From Candidatus Obscuribacter sp. (lineage in GTDB: Bacteria > Cyanobacteriota > Vampirovibrionia > Obscuribacterales > Obscuribacteraceae): a stretch of 64,000 nt of DNA. Where the stretch lies: assembly GCA_016718315.1 (NCBI GenBank), contig JADKDV010000011.1, positions 5,337-69,336 on the forward strand, read 5' to 3'. This document shows, in pieces, positions 16,990-29,188 of this stretch. The notes beneath the pieces were generated by a model. It worked only from the letters and a program-made list of their open reading frames with translations. It was not told the DNA's origin and ran no database searches. Each line of letters starts with the position of its first letter. Position 1 is the first letter of the stretch. The translations under genes were made by a program, and so were the position numbers.

Positions 16990-17952
16990 TCAGTATGACC
17001 TGGATGGACCCCTGGGTATCTCAACGCGCTTGGTTAGCTCATCTAGCTTGTCAAATAAAGTAGCCAGGCGACTGAGAAACACTTTGTCTGTCTTTATCGA
17101 CCGGCGCTCATCGCTATTAAGGGTGGCATTGATCGGTGCTGTTAGCTTGCTTATTTCTGTAGTTTCGCTATGGGCTAAGTATGCTGTCTTGTAAATTATG
17201 TCGTCAATGTTTTGACCGGCGTCTTTGCCATCGCTTTCTGCTGCCATTTCTACCTGTTTAAAAATCAATCTCACCACCATGTCTGTGCCTTCATGTCGCA
17301 GACCAGCCACATTCATTTGTGCTCCATCAAAGTCTGCTGCGCGCAGTGCTGCTGTGAGCTGTGGTATCGTGCGCGATGCTGTTAAAAAATTGGCAGATAC
17401 TGTTTTGGGTATTGATGCCGATTTGGTTGCTATGACATCGGTAAGTTTAATTGCCTTGCCATTTAATAATAGTTGGTAGTCAAATATTATCTCAGCACTG
17501 ATGGCGGCGAGCCCATCTGGCAGTGGTCTAAAGAGTCCGACCCGCTCGATAGCATCGAGAGCGCAGCGATCATATAACGGACAGCTAGAGCTGGTGGTCA
17601 ATTTGCTGGATAAGATTGCGCCAGTATTTGAAATATGCACAGTGACCTTTGCCGTGCCAGGCGATGAGCACTTTGGCGGATAATAGTTGCGCATCACGCG
17701 CCTTCTCAGGTCATTTTTGTACGGACCGAGATCGTACTTGGAGAGGCTCGATGGCGCCTCGGTTTTATCCGAGCGCTGCTGTTTTTGCTGTGATGGCGCC
17801 TTTGTTGTCGACTTTGTCTCTGTCTGACCAGAGCATGGTGGCATAGCTGTCCCGACTGTCATAGCTATTGCAACAGGCAAGAGTGAGCAAAGCGCTGCCC
17901 AAGGTTTTGTCATAGCATTACCTGGTAAAAAGTTTGAGTTTAGAGTTATCAC
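16990..17952 (-). CDS. Secreted protein with a TonB-C/TolA-like domain
   Basis: A signal peptide is present. NYYPPKCSSPGTAKVTVHISNTGAILSSKL...DRCALDAIERVGLFRPLP resembles the TonB C-terminal fold signature. Confidence 0.45.
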   Translation of the reverse strand: MITLNSNFLPGNAMTKPWAALCSLLPVAIAMTVGTAMPPCSGQTETKSTTKAPSQQKQQRSDKTEAPSSLSKYDLGPYKNDLRRRVMRNYYPPKCSSPGTAKVTVHISNTGAILSSKLTTSSSCPLYDRCALDAIERVGLFRPLPDGLAAISAEIIFDYQLLLNGKAIKLTDVIATKSASIPKTVSANFLTASRTIPQLTAALRAADFDGAQMNVAGLRHEGTDMVVRLIFKQVEMAAESDGKDAGQNIDDIIYKTAYLAHSETTEISKLTAPINATLNSDERRSIKTDKVFLSRLATLFDKLDELTKRVEIPRGPSRSY

Positions 17953-18009
17953 TCAGTTTTAGTCTTTTGAGCAGAGATAAGCCATGGGAATAACCCGGTA
18001 TCTTTTAGA

Positions 18010-18822
18010 TTACCTTGCCGGTTGCTTCTCAGTGCATTGATCAATTGTCCACTTATGCAAATCCTTGTAGACAGCGTCTCCGCTGCTATCGAGTGTATGA
18101 ATCGCGGGGTAGTAGTGTAGCTGTTTGTCACATCTTGCCTCGCGGTAGATGCTGCTAGACCAGCACGGCGGCTCAACAACATCAAATAGTCCCGCACCTA
18201 TAAAGAGCCGTTTGTCCTTCATTGTACTTACTCGGCTGGCACCATAAGGCTGAGAGCAGAGCGCCGCTGCGCCTATGACATCGGGCTCGTAGGACGCTGC
18301 GCTTATGACTGACGCTCCACCCAGTGAGTGTCCAATTACGATGACCTTTTTGAAACCGAGCTGTTTGAGCCACTTGACGGCCGCGCGCACATCGTGCACC
18401 GTGTCGGGAAATGGATCTATTTGACGGAAGCATAAATGCACGGTCGAGACACCACTAGCGGTGAGGTCATTGCCAAGGCGCTCGTATAGTCCTGCCGCTG
18501 GGCTGTCAAATCCTGTACCAATGCCACCAACGACCACAAGACCGGTGCTAGCATCTTTGCCAGGATAGTAATGCATTGATATCGGACCACGCTTTGTCTG
18601 TATTGTGATAAGAGTTGTAGCCTTTACTGTTTTATCCTCAGACTCTGTCGACTCCAAGAGTGTGGGTTTAGTCAGGCTCTCCCAGTTGTTGTCGGCTACG
18701 GGAGGTAAAGGCAAATGTGTAAATGGTGTCAGGTCATAAAATACTGATATCGCACAAGCAAGCAAAAGCCAAGGAACTAGTCTCATTGCTCTTTGTCGGT
18801 ATGTGCTTGCTGGCAATGTCAT
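18010..18822 (-). CDS. Alpha/beta hydrolase
   Basis: The nucleophile elbow VIVIGHSLGG is present, and the N-terminus has a TM or signal segment. Confidence 0.6.
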   Translation of the reverse strand: MTLPASTYRQRAMRLVPWLLLACAISVFYDLTPFTHLPLPPVADNNWESLTKPTLLESTESEDKTVKATTLITIQTKRGPISMHYYPGKDASTGLVVVGGIGTGFDSPAAGLYERLGNDLTASGVSTVHLCFRQIDPFPDTVHDVRAAVKWLKQLGFKKVIVIGHSLGGASVISAASYEPDVIGAAALCSQPYGASRVSTMKDKRLFIGAGLFDVVEPPCWSSSIYREARCDKQLHYYPAIHTLDSSGDAVYKDLHKWTIDQCTEKQPAR

Positions 18823-18957
18823 TAACTACTCTGCAAATTAAATCCCAATTTAGATATTTAAGCACCTATCGGTGATTTGCGCGTACTTGCCGCCTTTGCC
18901 AGCAGAGCATCCTTGCTATAATGAGCCCCTCAAATCTCATATTTAGAGGTCTCTTTG

Positions 18958-20073
18958 ATGCTCTCTGTGTTTTGCTCGCCATCTAGATACGTACAAGGCA
19001 AAAACGCCACTGCCGCTCTCGCCACCGAGATGGCAAAGTTTGGCTGGTCGGGTAAGGTGATGATTATCGCCGGCAGATCAGCGGCTAAGCTCTTGCAAGA
19101 GACCTGGCATAGCACTTTGCCGTCATCTGGATTTACTCCTGTCGTTGAGCGATTTAAGGGCGAGTGCTCTGCCGATGAAATCGCCAGACTGGTAGCCATT
19201 GCCGAGCAACAGAAGGTCACAGTAATTGTTGGTGCCGGTGGTGGCAAAGTGCTCGATACCAGTCGTGCCGTTGCTGCCAAACTTGATTTGCCAGCGGTCA
19301 ATTGTCCTACGGTAGCATCAAGTGACGCTCCCTGCAGCGCACTATCGGTGGTGTATCACCCGAGTGGCGAGTTTGATCAGTATTTCTTTTACAAACGCAA
19401 TCCAGATCTTGTTTTAGTCGACACCACGGTGATTGCTCAGGCACCACCGCGGCTATTGGTTGCTGGCATGGGGGACGCCCTGGCCACCTGGTTTGAGGCA
19501 GATACTGTGATTAATGCTAAAAAAGCCAATCAACTCGGTGGTGCCACCACTATGAGTGCTAGGGCGTTGGCGCTGCTTTGCTATGAGACATTGATTAGTG
19601 ACGGCGTCGCCGCTCTCACAGCTGTGCGCAACAAGTCAGTGACACCAGCACTTGAACGTCTGGTTGAGGCTAATACCTTGCTATCTGGTCTGGGCTTTGA
19701 GTCGGGTGGCTTGGCTATAGCGCATAGCGTGCACAATGGGCTGACAACTTTGGCTGAGACTCACAAATACATGCACGGCGAAAAAGTCGCCTTTGGCTTA
19801 CTGGTGCAACTGGTCGCTGAGGGCAAGCCGTCATCCTTGATAACTGAGGTGATGAGTTTTTGCGCCAGTGTTGGCTTGCCCGTCAGTCTAGAGCAGCTCG
19901 GTGTGACCGGGATTTCAAACATTCTCCTGCGTGGTGTGGCTGAGCGTGCTTGTGCACCAGGCGAGACTGCGCACAATGAGCCGTTTGCGGTGGATGCTGA
20001 TTTAATACTGGATGCGATGGTGACGGCTGACGCTATTGGGTCGGAGTTTTTGCAAAGAATAGGCGCTGCTTGA
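18958..20073 (+). CDS. gldA: Glycerol dehydrogenase (Fe/Zn-ADH family)
   Basis: Colinear with E. coli GldA motifs: SPSRYVQG, GGGKVLDT, ASSDAPCSALSVVY, GMGDALATWFEA, GFESGGLAIAHSVHNGLT, HGEKVAFG. Confidence 0.9.
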   Translation: MLSVFCSPSRYVQGKNATAALATEMAKFGWSGKVMIIAGRSAAKLLQETWHSTLPSSGFTPVVERFKGECSADEIARLVAIAEQQKVTVIVGAGGGKVLDTSRAVAAKLDLPAVNCPTVASSDAPCSALSVVYHPSGEFDQYFFYKRNPDLVLVDTTVIAQAPPRLLVAGMGDALATWFEADTVINAKKANQLGGATTMSARALALLCYETLISDGVAALTAVRNKSVTPALERLVEANTLLSGLGFESGGLAIAHSVHNGLTTLAETHKYMHGEKVAFGLLVQLVAEGKPSSLITEVMSFCASVGLPVSLEQLGVTGISNILLRGVAERACAPGETAHNEPFAVDADLILDAMVTADAIGSEFLQRIGAA

Positions 20074-20106
20074 AGTAAGACACCGCTTTGTACAGAGGAT
20101 TGTGCT

Positions 20107-20574
20107 TTGAAAAAGTTTTCACGCTGGGCAGCTTGGCTAGATCGCAACGATTTAAATGGTGTTGCTCAAAATAGAATTGGTGTATACGCCCTAGCAATTT
20201 CATCGAAGGATATCTCTGGCGAGCCTTTTTCAATGAGAAAGGAAATAAGATACTTCGGAATGACAAATTCACTTGGCGGTCTTAAGAGCCGACTGTCTAG
20301 CTTTAACCGAACAATTCATGGCAAGAAAGGGCACGGTGGCGCTAGGCGTTTTAAAAAAGTGCATACAAATCCTACTAGGCTGGTTGAAAAGCTGTATGTT
20401 GCAGTAAGCCCAACCGATTGTGTAGAGCACAGAGGAACACCGAAAGGTCTGATTTTGATGGGCAAGGTAGCCAAGTTCGAGTATGAATGTATGGCATCTT
20501 ATCTGGAAGCCTTTGGGAAACTACCCAGGTTTAATCGCATGTCGTCAGCAAAAGACACCTCTGAAGTTGAATAG
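20107..20574 (+). CDS. Hypothetical protein with a weak GIY-YIG-like signature
   Basis: GVYAL...RYFGMTNSLGGLKSRL loosely resembles GIY...YIG...R. The spacing is longer than canonical and the start is TTG. Confidence 0.3.
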   Translation: MKKFSRWAAWLDRNDLNGVAQNRIGVYALAISSKDISGEPFSMRKEIRYFGMTNSLGGLKSRLSSFNRTIHGKKGHGGARRFKKVHTNPTRLVEKLYVAVSPTDCVEHRGTPKGLILMGKVAKFEYECMASYLEAFGKLPRFNRMSSAKDTSEVE

Positions 20575-20664
20575 TGTCCTTTAGCGATAATATCTCCTTT
20601 TGCCGGGCAAACTATATTTGACCGCTTTGTGTCGTGTTGGCGTCAGGAGAGTACTGCTTACCAT

Positions 20665-22101
20665 ATGATCAAAACCAAAAAGGAAGAAATGGCTAAAGCC
20701 AGCTTTAGAGAGCCTCCCATTGAGGCTGCCTACCTCGAAAAGCCGGTCCACCTCCAGACTCGCAGCGATCGCTATGAGGCGGGTCGAGCGCTCCGGGTGA
20801 TATGCCCGCGTGAGTCCCACGCCGAGTTTACCCGGGATAGGGACGGGCGCCCTGACCCCATTGAGCTTTTGATAAAAACTGGAGAGGGTCGCATTGAGCA
20901 GCTTTTGCCTATCCGCTATGGGCGGATGCTGACCTCGCCTTTTGCCTTCTTCCGCGGGGCGGCGGCGATTATGGCGGCGGACCTTGATGTATCGCCATCG
21001 ACTGGTTATGCCGTGCAGGCCTGTGGCGACTGTCACCTTATGAATTTTGGTGCCTTTGCCTCGCCCGAGCGCAATATTATTTTTGATATTAATGATTTTG
21101 ATGAGACCTTTCCTGCTCCCTGGGAATGGGATCTAAAGCGTCTGGCGGCGAGCTTTGTCATTGCCTCGCGCAACAACGGACACAAGCGCGCTGATGCTAA
21201 GGCTGCTGCTGCGAGAGTGGTGCAGGCTTACCGTGATAAGTTGCGTGACCTGTCCAAGATGAAGACTCTGGAAGCCTGGTACTCCTATCTCGATTACAAG
21301 GCGCTTATCGATATGACTGAGGACACTCAGCTCAAAAAACGGCGCAAAAAGGTCCTGGCAAAAGCGCTCAGTCGTGACTCGGTAGAAGAGTTTGTCAAAC
21401 TCGGTCACGTAGTCGGTGGCAAACCTCGCATCAAAGACCAGCCGCCACTTATTTATCACCAGGAGGGGCATGATACGCCCGAGTACAAGGCTCGTATTTT
21501 AGAGAGCGTTGACCGTTATCGCCAGTCTCTATCAGTCGATCGTCGTGTGTTGTTTGACCGCTATGAGCTGGTGGATAATGCAATGAAAGTTGTCGGAGTC
21601 GGAAGTGTCGGCACCACATGTGGTATCGCTCTGCTTTTTGCGGCAGAGGAAGATCCATTGTTTTTGCAGGTCAAAGAAGCAAATCAGTCTGTGCTTGAGC
21701 CTTATAGTCATTTTGCAAATCATGATACCAATGGCGGTCGTGTCGTCAATGGACAGCGCTTGATGCAGGCGGCTAGCGATTTATTCCTCGGGCATTATGT
21801 CGGTGATAGCGACAAGCATCATTACGTAAGACAGCTCAGAGACGTCAAAGTAAAGCCGCTTGTGGAGATTTTTAACCCCGGCAATATGCTTGGCTTTGCG
21901 CGCAATTGTGGCTGGGCTCTGGCTCGTGCTCACGCCCGCTCTGGGGATGCTGCCATTATCGCCGGCTACATTGGTAAGGGTGATACGTTGCCAGACGCCA
22001 TCGCTCAATACGCCGAGAGTTATGCCGACCAAAACGAAAGTGATTACAAAAAGCTTGTTGAGGCAATAAGAGAGGGGCGCATAGAAGTCTATACCGAGTA
22101 A
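20665..22101 (+). CDS. DUF2252 family protein
   Basis: RYGRMLTSPFAFFRGAAAIMAADL, GDCHLMNFG, IFDINDFDET and PWEWDLKRLAASF are characteristic of DUF2252. I prefer ATG 20665 after GGAGAG; the ORF track starts at 20629. Confidence 0.75.
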   Translation: MIKTKKEEMAKASFREPPIEAAYLEKPVHLQTRSDRYEAGRALRVICPRESHAEFTRDRDGRPDPIELLIKTGEGRIEQLLPIRYGRMLTSPFAFFRGAAAIMAADLDVSPSTGYAVQACGDCHLMNFGAFASPERNIIFDINDFDETFPAPWEWDLKRLAASFVIASRNNGHKRADAKAAAARVVQAYRDKLRDLSKMKTLEAWYSYLDYKALIDMTEDTQLKKRRKKVLAKALSRDSVEEFVKLGHVVGGKPRIKDQPPLIYHQEGHDTPEYKARILESVDRYRQSLSVDRRVLFDRYELVDNAMKVVGVGSVGTTCGIALLFAAEEDPLFLQVKEANQSVLEPYSHFANHDTNGGRVVNGQRLMQAASDLFLGHYVGDSDKHHYVRQLRDVKVKPLVEIFNPGNMLGFARNCGWALARAHARSGDAAIIAGYIGKGDTLPDAIAQYAESYADQNESDYKKLVEAIREGRIEVYTE

Positions 22102-22281
22102 TCTACACAGACTAATGCCTTGGTTTAGAATCTTCGAAATCCCTGTGGTGACATCTGCACGCCGGCACCCGTGCCCGTCTCGGGCGCGCTGACGGCTATT
22201 TGAGCCAAACATGTCTTGTGCAATACGTGTAAGCTGCTATTAGCAAAGGTATCCATATTTCCGCAGACAACTGGAGCCGAT

Positions 22282-22458
22282 ATGACACTTTGTCCAATAG
22301 CCTTGATGGTGCATTGCACCGGCTGTCCTCTCGTCAAATTTTGCCCGGCAAAGACAATCATTGGAGACTTTGGTAAGACGTCGGCAGATAAGCCGCCACA
22401 CTCCACCGATAGCAAAGGTGACGATGAAAACATGGCGCCCGGCGATGACGAGGCCTAG
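22282..22458 (+). CDS. Small Cys-rich hypothetical protein
   Basis: ATG 22282 follows GGAG. The protein begins MTLCPIALMVHCTGCPLVKFCP (four Cys) and has an acidic tail. Confidence 0.35.
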   Translation: MTLCPIALMVHCTGCPLVKFCPAKTIIGDFGKTSADKPPHSTDSKGDDENMAPGDDEA

Positions 22459-22464
22459 ACCTGC

Positions 22465-23043
22465 CTATCTCGTGCAAGTGGCATAGGCTTGCATCTGTAC
22501 GCGGATGCTTTCGGTCCTGCCGCCATTCATCACTTCGTATCTTTGATTGCCGTTCCACTCAGGGCTGGTCATCGGGCCCGTCTGCCATAGCACGCTGCCG
22601 CCCAGTGCGCTGTATGAGTAAACGCCGCTGCCCAGGCTCATACCGTTAGGCGAAAACAGCTCATAGTTGCCGCCAGGCTTGATCATAATGAATTGGTTGA
22701 TGCGGGTTGTGGCGCCAGAAATGTAATACTTGCCGACACTTGGACCGACGCTCGTGTCCACAATTGGCGCTGTTACTGGGGCATTCATGCGAGAAATCGG
22801 CTGAACGTTTTGCCTGACATTGGATGGTGAAGTCTGCACTGGACCGGATACGGGACCAGATATAGGACCAGATACAGGTCCCGAGACTGGACTGGAGACC
22901 GCGCCAGACTTGTCTTGTGACTTTTTAAAGAGTTTGGGCCAGGCTTGGGCGGCGCCCGGGCAAATAATCCCGGCAATGGTCGCTACCAATATAGTCGTGG
23001 CAATCAGCAAATTGCTTGATTTCAAGGAACCTGGGCGGGCCAT
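22465..23043 (-). CDS. Secreted hypothetical protein with SGPV tetrapeptide repeats
   Basis: A signal peptide is present, followed by SPVSGPVSGPISGPVSGPV repeats and then a globular C-terminal region. Confidence 0.55.
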   Translation of the reverse strand: MARPGSLKSSNLLIATTILVATIAGIICPGAAQAWPKLFKKSQDKSGAVSSPVSGPVSGPISGPVSGPVQTSPSNVRQNVQPISRMNAPVTAPIVDTSVGPSVGKYYISGATTRINQFIMIKPGGNYELFSPNGMSLGSGVYSYSALGGSVLWQTGPMTSPEWNGNQRYEVMNGGRTESIRVQMQAYATCTR

Positions 23044-23255
23044 ACGGGGTCTCCAGAGTGTGACCAGTTCAATTTAACACGAATTTTCATACCTTGTTAG
23101 TTGCCAATTACTCAGTCTCATTTTTATATGAGTTTGTTCTAAATGCATGGCTCGCCTAAGTGATTTTGACATTGCTGCGGTAGGATGTCCTCAGGTTTCA
23201 AGATTTTGACTCAGAGTCTCGAATATTAGCTTTTTAAATTTGTGGAATAGGAAAG

Positions 23256-25205
<1,950 letters not shown>

Positions 25206-26979
25206 CTCAACATTCAATTCAACCCTCAATTCACCCCTTAACTCAACCCCTAATTCAGCCCTTAACTCGGCCTTTGACTCAGCACAAAAGATCGGTCTTA
25301 CTCCTGTTGCAAACAGCTGGGCTGTAGGCAAAAAACTGCAAGCCTTGATGGATAAGGTCAAGTCATTTGAGGGATTGAAAGTTGTAAGTCCGCCACAGAG
25401 TTTGAAGGCAGAGTTGCGTCCATATCAGTTAGAGGGACTTAGCTGGTTGGAGTTTTTAAGAGAGTTTGGACTTGGTGGCATACTTGCCGATGATATGGGT
25501 CTTGGTAAAACAGTTCAGACACTCGCTCACATTGCTAGAGAAAAAGAGGAGAACCGCCTTAATAAGCCATTTCTAGTGGTCTGTCCTACTTCGGTATTAC
25601 CCAACTGGTTGTCTGAGATAGATAAGTTTACGCCACACCTTAAGGTAACTGCTCTGCATGGACCCGCACGGTCTGAGCATTTTGCCAAGATAGCCAAGTC
25701 TGATATCGTGCTTACAACCTATCCGCTGGTTGCTCGTGATGATGAAGCCCTGTGTAAGCAAAAATGGAAGGCCGTCATCCTGGACGAAGCCCAGATGATC
25801 AAAAATCCTACAACCCTGGCGGCTCAAGCGCTCTGTCGCCTTAGGAGTGAGTACCGTGTTTGTTTGACCGGTACTCCCATCGAAAATCACCTTGGTGAAT
25901 TGTGGTCACAATTCAATTTTTTGATGCCTGGCTTTTTAAAAGATCTAAAGACATTTACGAAGAAGTTGCGCACGCCAATTGAAAAACAGAACAATGTATT
26001 TTTGCAAAAGGTCTTAGCAAATAAAGTCCGTCCGTTTTTATTGCGCCGTACCAAAGAGCTTGTGGCAAGCGAATTACCCGCCAAAACAATTATCACTAAA
26101 AGTATAGAGCTGGATGGTCGTCAGCGCGATTTGTACGAGACTGTAAGACTTGCGATGTATGAAAAGGTCAAGGAAGCAGTCGCTAAAAAGGGACTGGCTA
26201 AGAGTCAAATAATTGTGCTGGATGCTCTGCTCAAGCTCAGGCAGGTCTGCTGCGACCCGCGGCTGGTGTCTCTGGCGTCGGCAAAGAAGGTCAGTCAGAG
26301 TGCCAAGTTAGAGCTTTTGCTCGATATGATTGAAGAGCTGATGGATGAGGGCAAGAGCATACTTTTGTTTTCGCAGTTTACAAGCATGCTGGATCTGGTC
26401 ATGCCTGAGTTAAATAAACGGGCAATTGAGTTTGTCCAGATTAGAGGTGATACCAAGGATAGACGCACGCCTGTTGAGAGTTTTCAGAGTGGCAAGGTGC
26501 GTTTGTTTTTGCTCAGTCTCAAGGCTGGGGGTACTGGTCTCAATCTAACAGCAGCGGATACGGTGATACATTATGATCCCTGGTGGAATCCCGCTGTTGA
26601 AAATCAAGCAACCGATAGAGCGCACCGAATCGGACAGAAGAAGGCAGTCTTTGTATTTAAATTGATCGCCTCTGGCACAATCGAGGAGCGCATGGTTGAG
26701 TTGCAAGAGCGTAAGAAAGCTATAGCCGAGGGCATGTATGGTGATGAGAACGCATTGCCCTCCCAACTTACATCAGAAGACCTGGAGTCATTGTTTGCGC
26801 CGTTGTCGTCAGGTGATGAGGTACCCAAACTGCCCTCAGTTACTTCCAAGACGATGCAGTCAAAAAAGGAAATTGCAAAGAAAACACCTCCAAAAAAGGC
26901 ACCACTCAAGATTTAGCCCCTCTGTGCTTTTGCACATTTAGATTGACGCGTTTTGGCGTTGGCGGCATGCATGCGTGCC

Positions 26980-27008
26980 TTGCCGTGTGTCCTGTTTTGT
27001 ATTACAAT
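26980..27008 (+). promoter_or_regulatory. Candidate sigma70-type promoter
   Basis: TTGCCG (26980-26985), a 17-nt spacer, then TACAAT (27003-27008). It faces the small ORF at 27113. Confidence 0.25.
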
Positions 27009-27112
27009 GAATGACAAGGATTGCTATGCTTGTAGTAGGCTATTTGCCCGGTTTTCCATGGTATGGATGCTTGTAAAGCCTACAAAAAAGAGTTTTTAAA
27101 GAGGTTGGGCAA

Positions 27113-27253
27113 ATGAAGTTGAGAGCAGGTAAGCAGACCGCACAGGAGAGGCTAATACCTCAGCAGAAGCAGCGTGCGGAACGGGCACCCCTCGGCACAC
27201 TTGTACGTATGTGGACTGTTGAGCGATTGGAAGCCGAGGGCTACGGGAAGTAG
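27113..27253 (+). CDS. Small basic hypothetical ORF (46 aa)
   Basis: ATG 27113 lies about 8 nt after AGAGG. The peptide is MKLRAGKQTAQERLIPQQKQRAERAPLGTLVRMWTVERLEAEGYGK. It is below the ORF-track length cutoff. Confidence 0.25.
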   Translation: MKLRAGKQTAQERLIPQQKQRAERAPLGTLVRMWTVERLEAEGYGK

Positions 27254-27286
27254 TCAGGACGAATATCGGGAGTTATGTTCTGCGCT

Positions 27287-27961
27287 TCATCTATTCGATT
27301 GTCTGGCAAATAATCCTGCTACAAATGACTTCATTTGTGGTGCCAGATTTGAATTCATGAGGCGCTCAATATGCTCGCGATCGTTTTGTTTGTTGGTAAA
27401 TACTTTTGCTACTTCTAACACCGTAATATTGTGTTTGTCGCTTTGCAGATAGATGAGTTCGTCTCCTTGTTCTATCTCACCCTCTTGTACTACCGCAAAA
27501 TAAATGCCGGATCTGCCGCTTTGCATAAAGCGCTTGATGATATCGGGGCTGTCAAATTTAAAGGCTAGTTTATAGCAAGGCAGTCTCGGCTGCGTCACTC
27601 TTACTATTGCGGTGCCTATTTTAAATTCATCACCGATGCAGACGTTTTCTTCAAGCATTCCTTTGGTGGTGAGGTTCTCGCCAAACATACCATAGGGTAA
27701 GTCCATGCCTGGGAGCTCCTTTTGCCAGTAAGGATAATGCTCTGAGGCGTATACGTATAAAGCCTTATCCTTGCCGCCATGGACAGTCAAATCTGCTTGT
27801 TCATCGCCATCGAGGTTGAGTGTACGCAGGGCAAGTTTGCCTTTTACAGGTTGTTTGTAGATGCCTGTAAAAATCTCATCATCGCCGTTACTGACATGCT
27901 TGGCTCGACTGACACAGATTGTCTCGATAGTAGCTGGTGCTATCGTCGATTGATTACTCAT
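27287..27961 (-). CDS. MOSC domain protein (YiiM-like)
   Basis: DLTVHGGKDKALYVY...GMFGENLTTKG...IGDEFKIGTAIVRVTQPRLPCYKL is the MOSC beta-barrel signature with its conserved Cys. Confidence 0.8.
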   Translation of the reverse strand: MSNQSTIAPATIETICVSRAKHVSNGDDEIFTGIYKQPVKGKLALRTLNLDGDEQADLTVHGGKDKALYVYASEHYPYWQKELPGMDLPYGMFGENLTTKGMLEENVCIGDEFKIGTAIVRVTQPRLPCYKLAFKFDSPDIIKRFMQSGRSGIYFAVVQEGEIEQGDELIYLQSDKHNITVLEVAKVFTNKQNDREHIERLMNSNLAPQMKSFVAGLFARQSNR

Positions 27962-29180
27962 TGAGTTTTAGCTCCTTCATCAGTTGCTCTGCTTTATCGG
28001 TAGCGCCGCTTTGTCTGTAGCAATCGGCAAGTGCTAGTTTGACTGGATTGACGTAGATATAGCTTAGCGCATGATTTTGGCTTTTAGCGAGTGCGCGACT
28101 GTAGGAGGCAATGGCTCCGACGTAGTCCTTTTGCAGTGCCTGTGTGCGAGCCTTGTCTGCATAGACCCAGAGCTGTCTTATACTGGAAGCACTTGGTGTC
28201 TTGGCTAACAGTGCAGTACATTTACGACTGAGGTCGGCAGCTTCATTGCTTTTGCCCTCGGCATTGAGCAGACATATTTTGCCTGACATCACGCACAATA
28301 ATGCGCGAGCGTTTGTATCGCTCGGATTTGCCTGATAAATAGCCTCGATGTTTTTAAAGCTGTTTTCGATTTCTTCGGCTGCCTTTTGCAGTTCACCGGA
28401 TTTGGTGTGCAGTCGGACCAGCCGCTCGGCCGTTAGTGCGCGCAGGTACAAACTAGTCTGAGGGGAATCAAGCGGGCTGCAAAAGCCGCACAGATAAAAG
28501 CGCTCTGCCTGTGTGATTTTATCGTCGTAGCTTAGAGTGTCTGCCAGTTGCAGGCGACATTCGATTTCTTCTGGTGCAAGCGGACTGATTACTGCAATTT
28601 GCATGGACTCTGCCTCGGCTATGGCAGATAATTTTTTGCGGTAGCGCTCTTCTTCGCTCTTTTGTCCCAGTGATTGGCAGAGTAACTCCAGGTGGCTGAT
28701 GATTTTGACCACTTTGGGATTGGACCAGCTGGTAAAACCGGATTGTTCAAGAGCGCGGTCGTATTGTTCTTTTGCCAGTGTCTTATTGCCGTCACGCTCT
28801 TGCTTTTTAGCATCCTGCACCAGTCTGGTAAACTCTGGCTCACTGGCAAAGCGAGCGCGCTCTAATAGAGGTTCTAGCTTCTTTTGTCTCAGTGGTGGCA
28901 TTGTGTGGACGTTGTCGTCAGCCCAGCCGCTATTGTCGTTAGCATAAGCTGGTGGCAATATCTGTAGATGGTGGTGGTTGAAATCAAGCATGAGGCCGAC
29001 ATTGCCGCAGCAAACTAGTGCCAAAATCGCAAACTTGCCAAATCCAAACAGCCCTGGTTTGACACCTATATGCTGCTCTAGCTCAGCTATCTGAGCACTG
29101 CTTGCGCCTGGTTGTAAGACTATCTCGGGGGAAATGGTTTGCAACTGTTGTAGCAGATTGGACCAGCCAAAATCATTCAT
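27954..29180 (-). CDS. TPR-repeat protein
   Basis: The C-terminal ~300 aa consist of TPR-like helical repeats. The gene overlaps the downstream gene start by 8 nt. Confidence 0.55.
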   Translation of the reverse strand: MNDFGWSNLLQQLQTISPEIVLQPGASSAQIAELEQHIGVKPGLFGFGKFAILALVCCGNVGLMLDFNHHHLQILPPAYANDNSGWADDNVHTMPPLRQKKLEPLLERARFASEPEFTRLVQDAKKQERDGNKTLAKEQYDRALEQSGFTSWSNPKVVKIISHLELLCQSLGQKSEEERYRKKLSAIAEAESMQIAVISPLAPEEIECRLQLADTLSYDDKITQAERFYLCGFCSPLDSPQTSLYLRALTAERLVRLHTKSGELQKAAEEIENSFKNIEAIYQANPSDTNARALLCVMSGKICLLNAEGKSNEAADLSRKCTALLAKTPSASSIRQLWVYADKARTQALQKDYVGAIASYSRALAKSQNHALSYIYVNPVKLALADCYRQSGATDKAEQLMKELKLNE

Positions 29181-29188
29181 TTGTCTAC

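Noticed and set aside
27954-28100. The N-terminus of the 408-aa TPR protein (coordinates are the gene's 3' end on the plus strand; the N-terminus lies near 29050-29180) resembles the start of SMI1/KNR4 (SUKH) immunity domains (GASSAQIAELEQHIGVKPG).
   Set aside because: Only a ~40-aa motif-level resemblance, followed by a hydrophobic segment rather than the rest of a SUKH fold. This is too weak to call.
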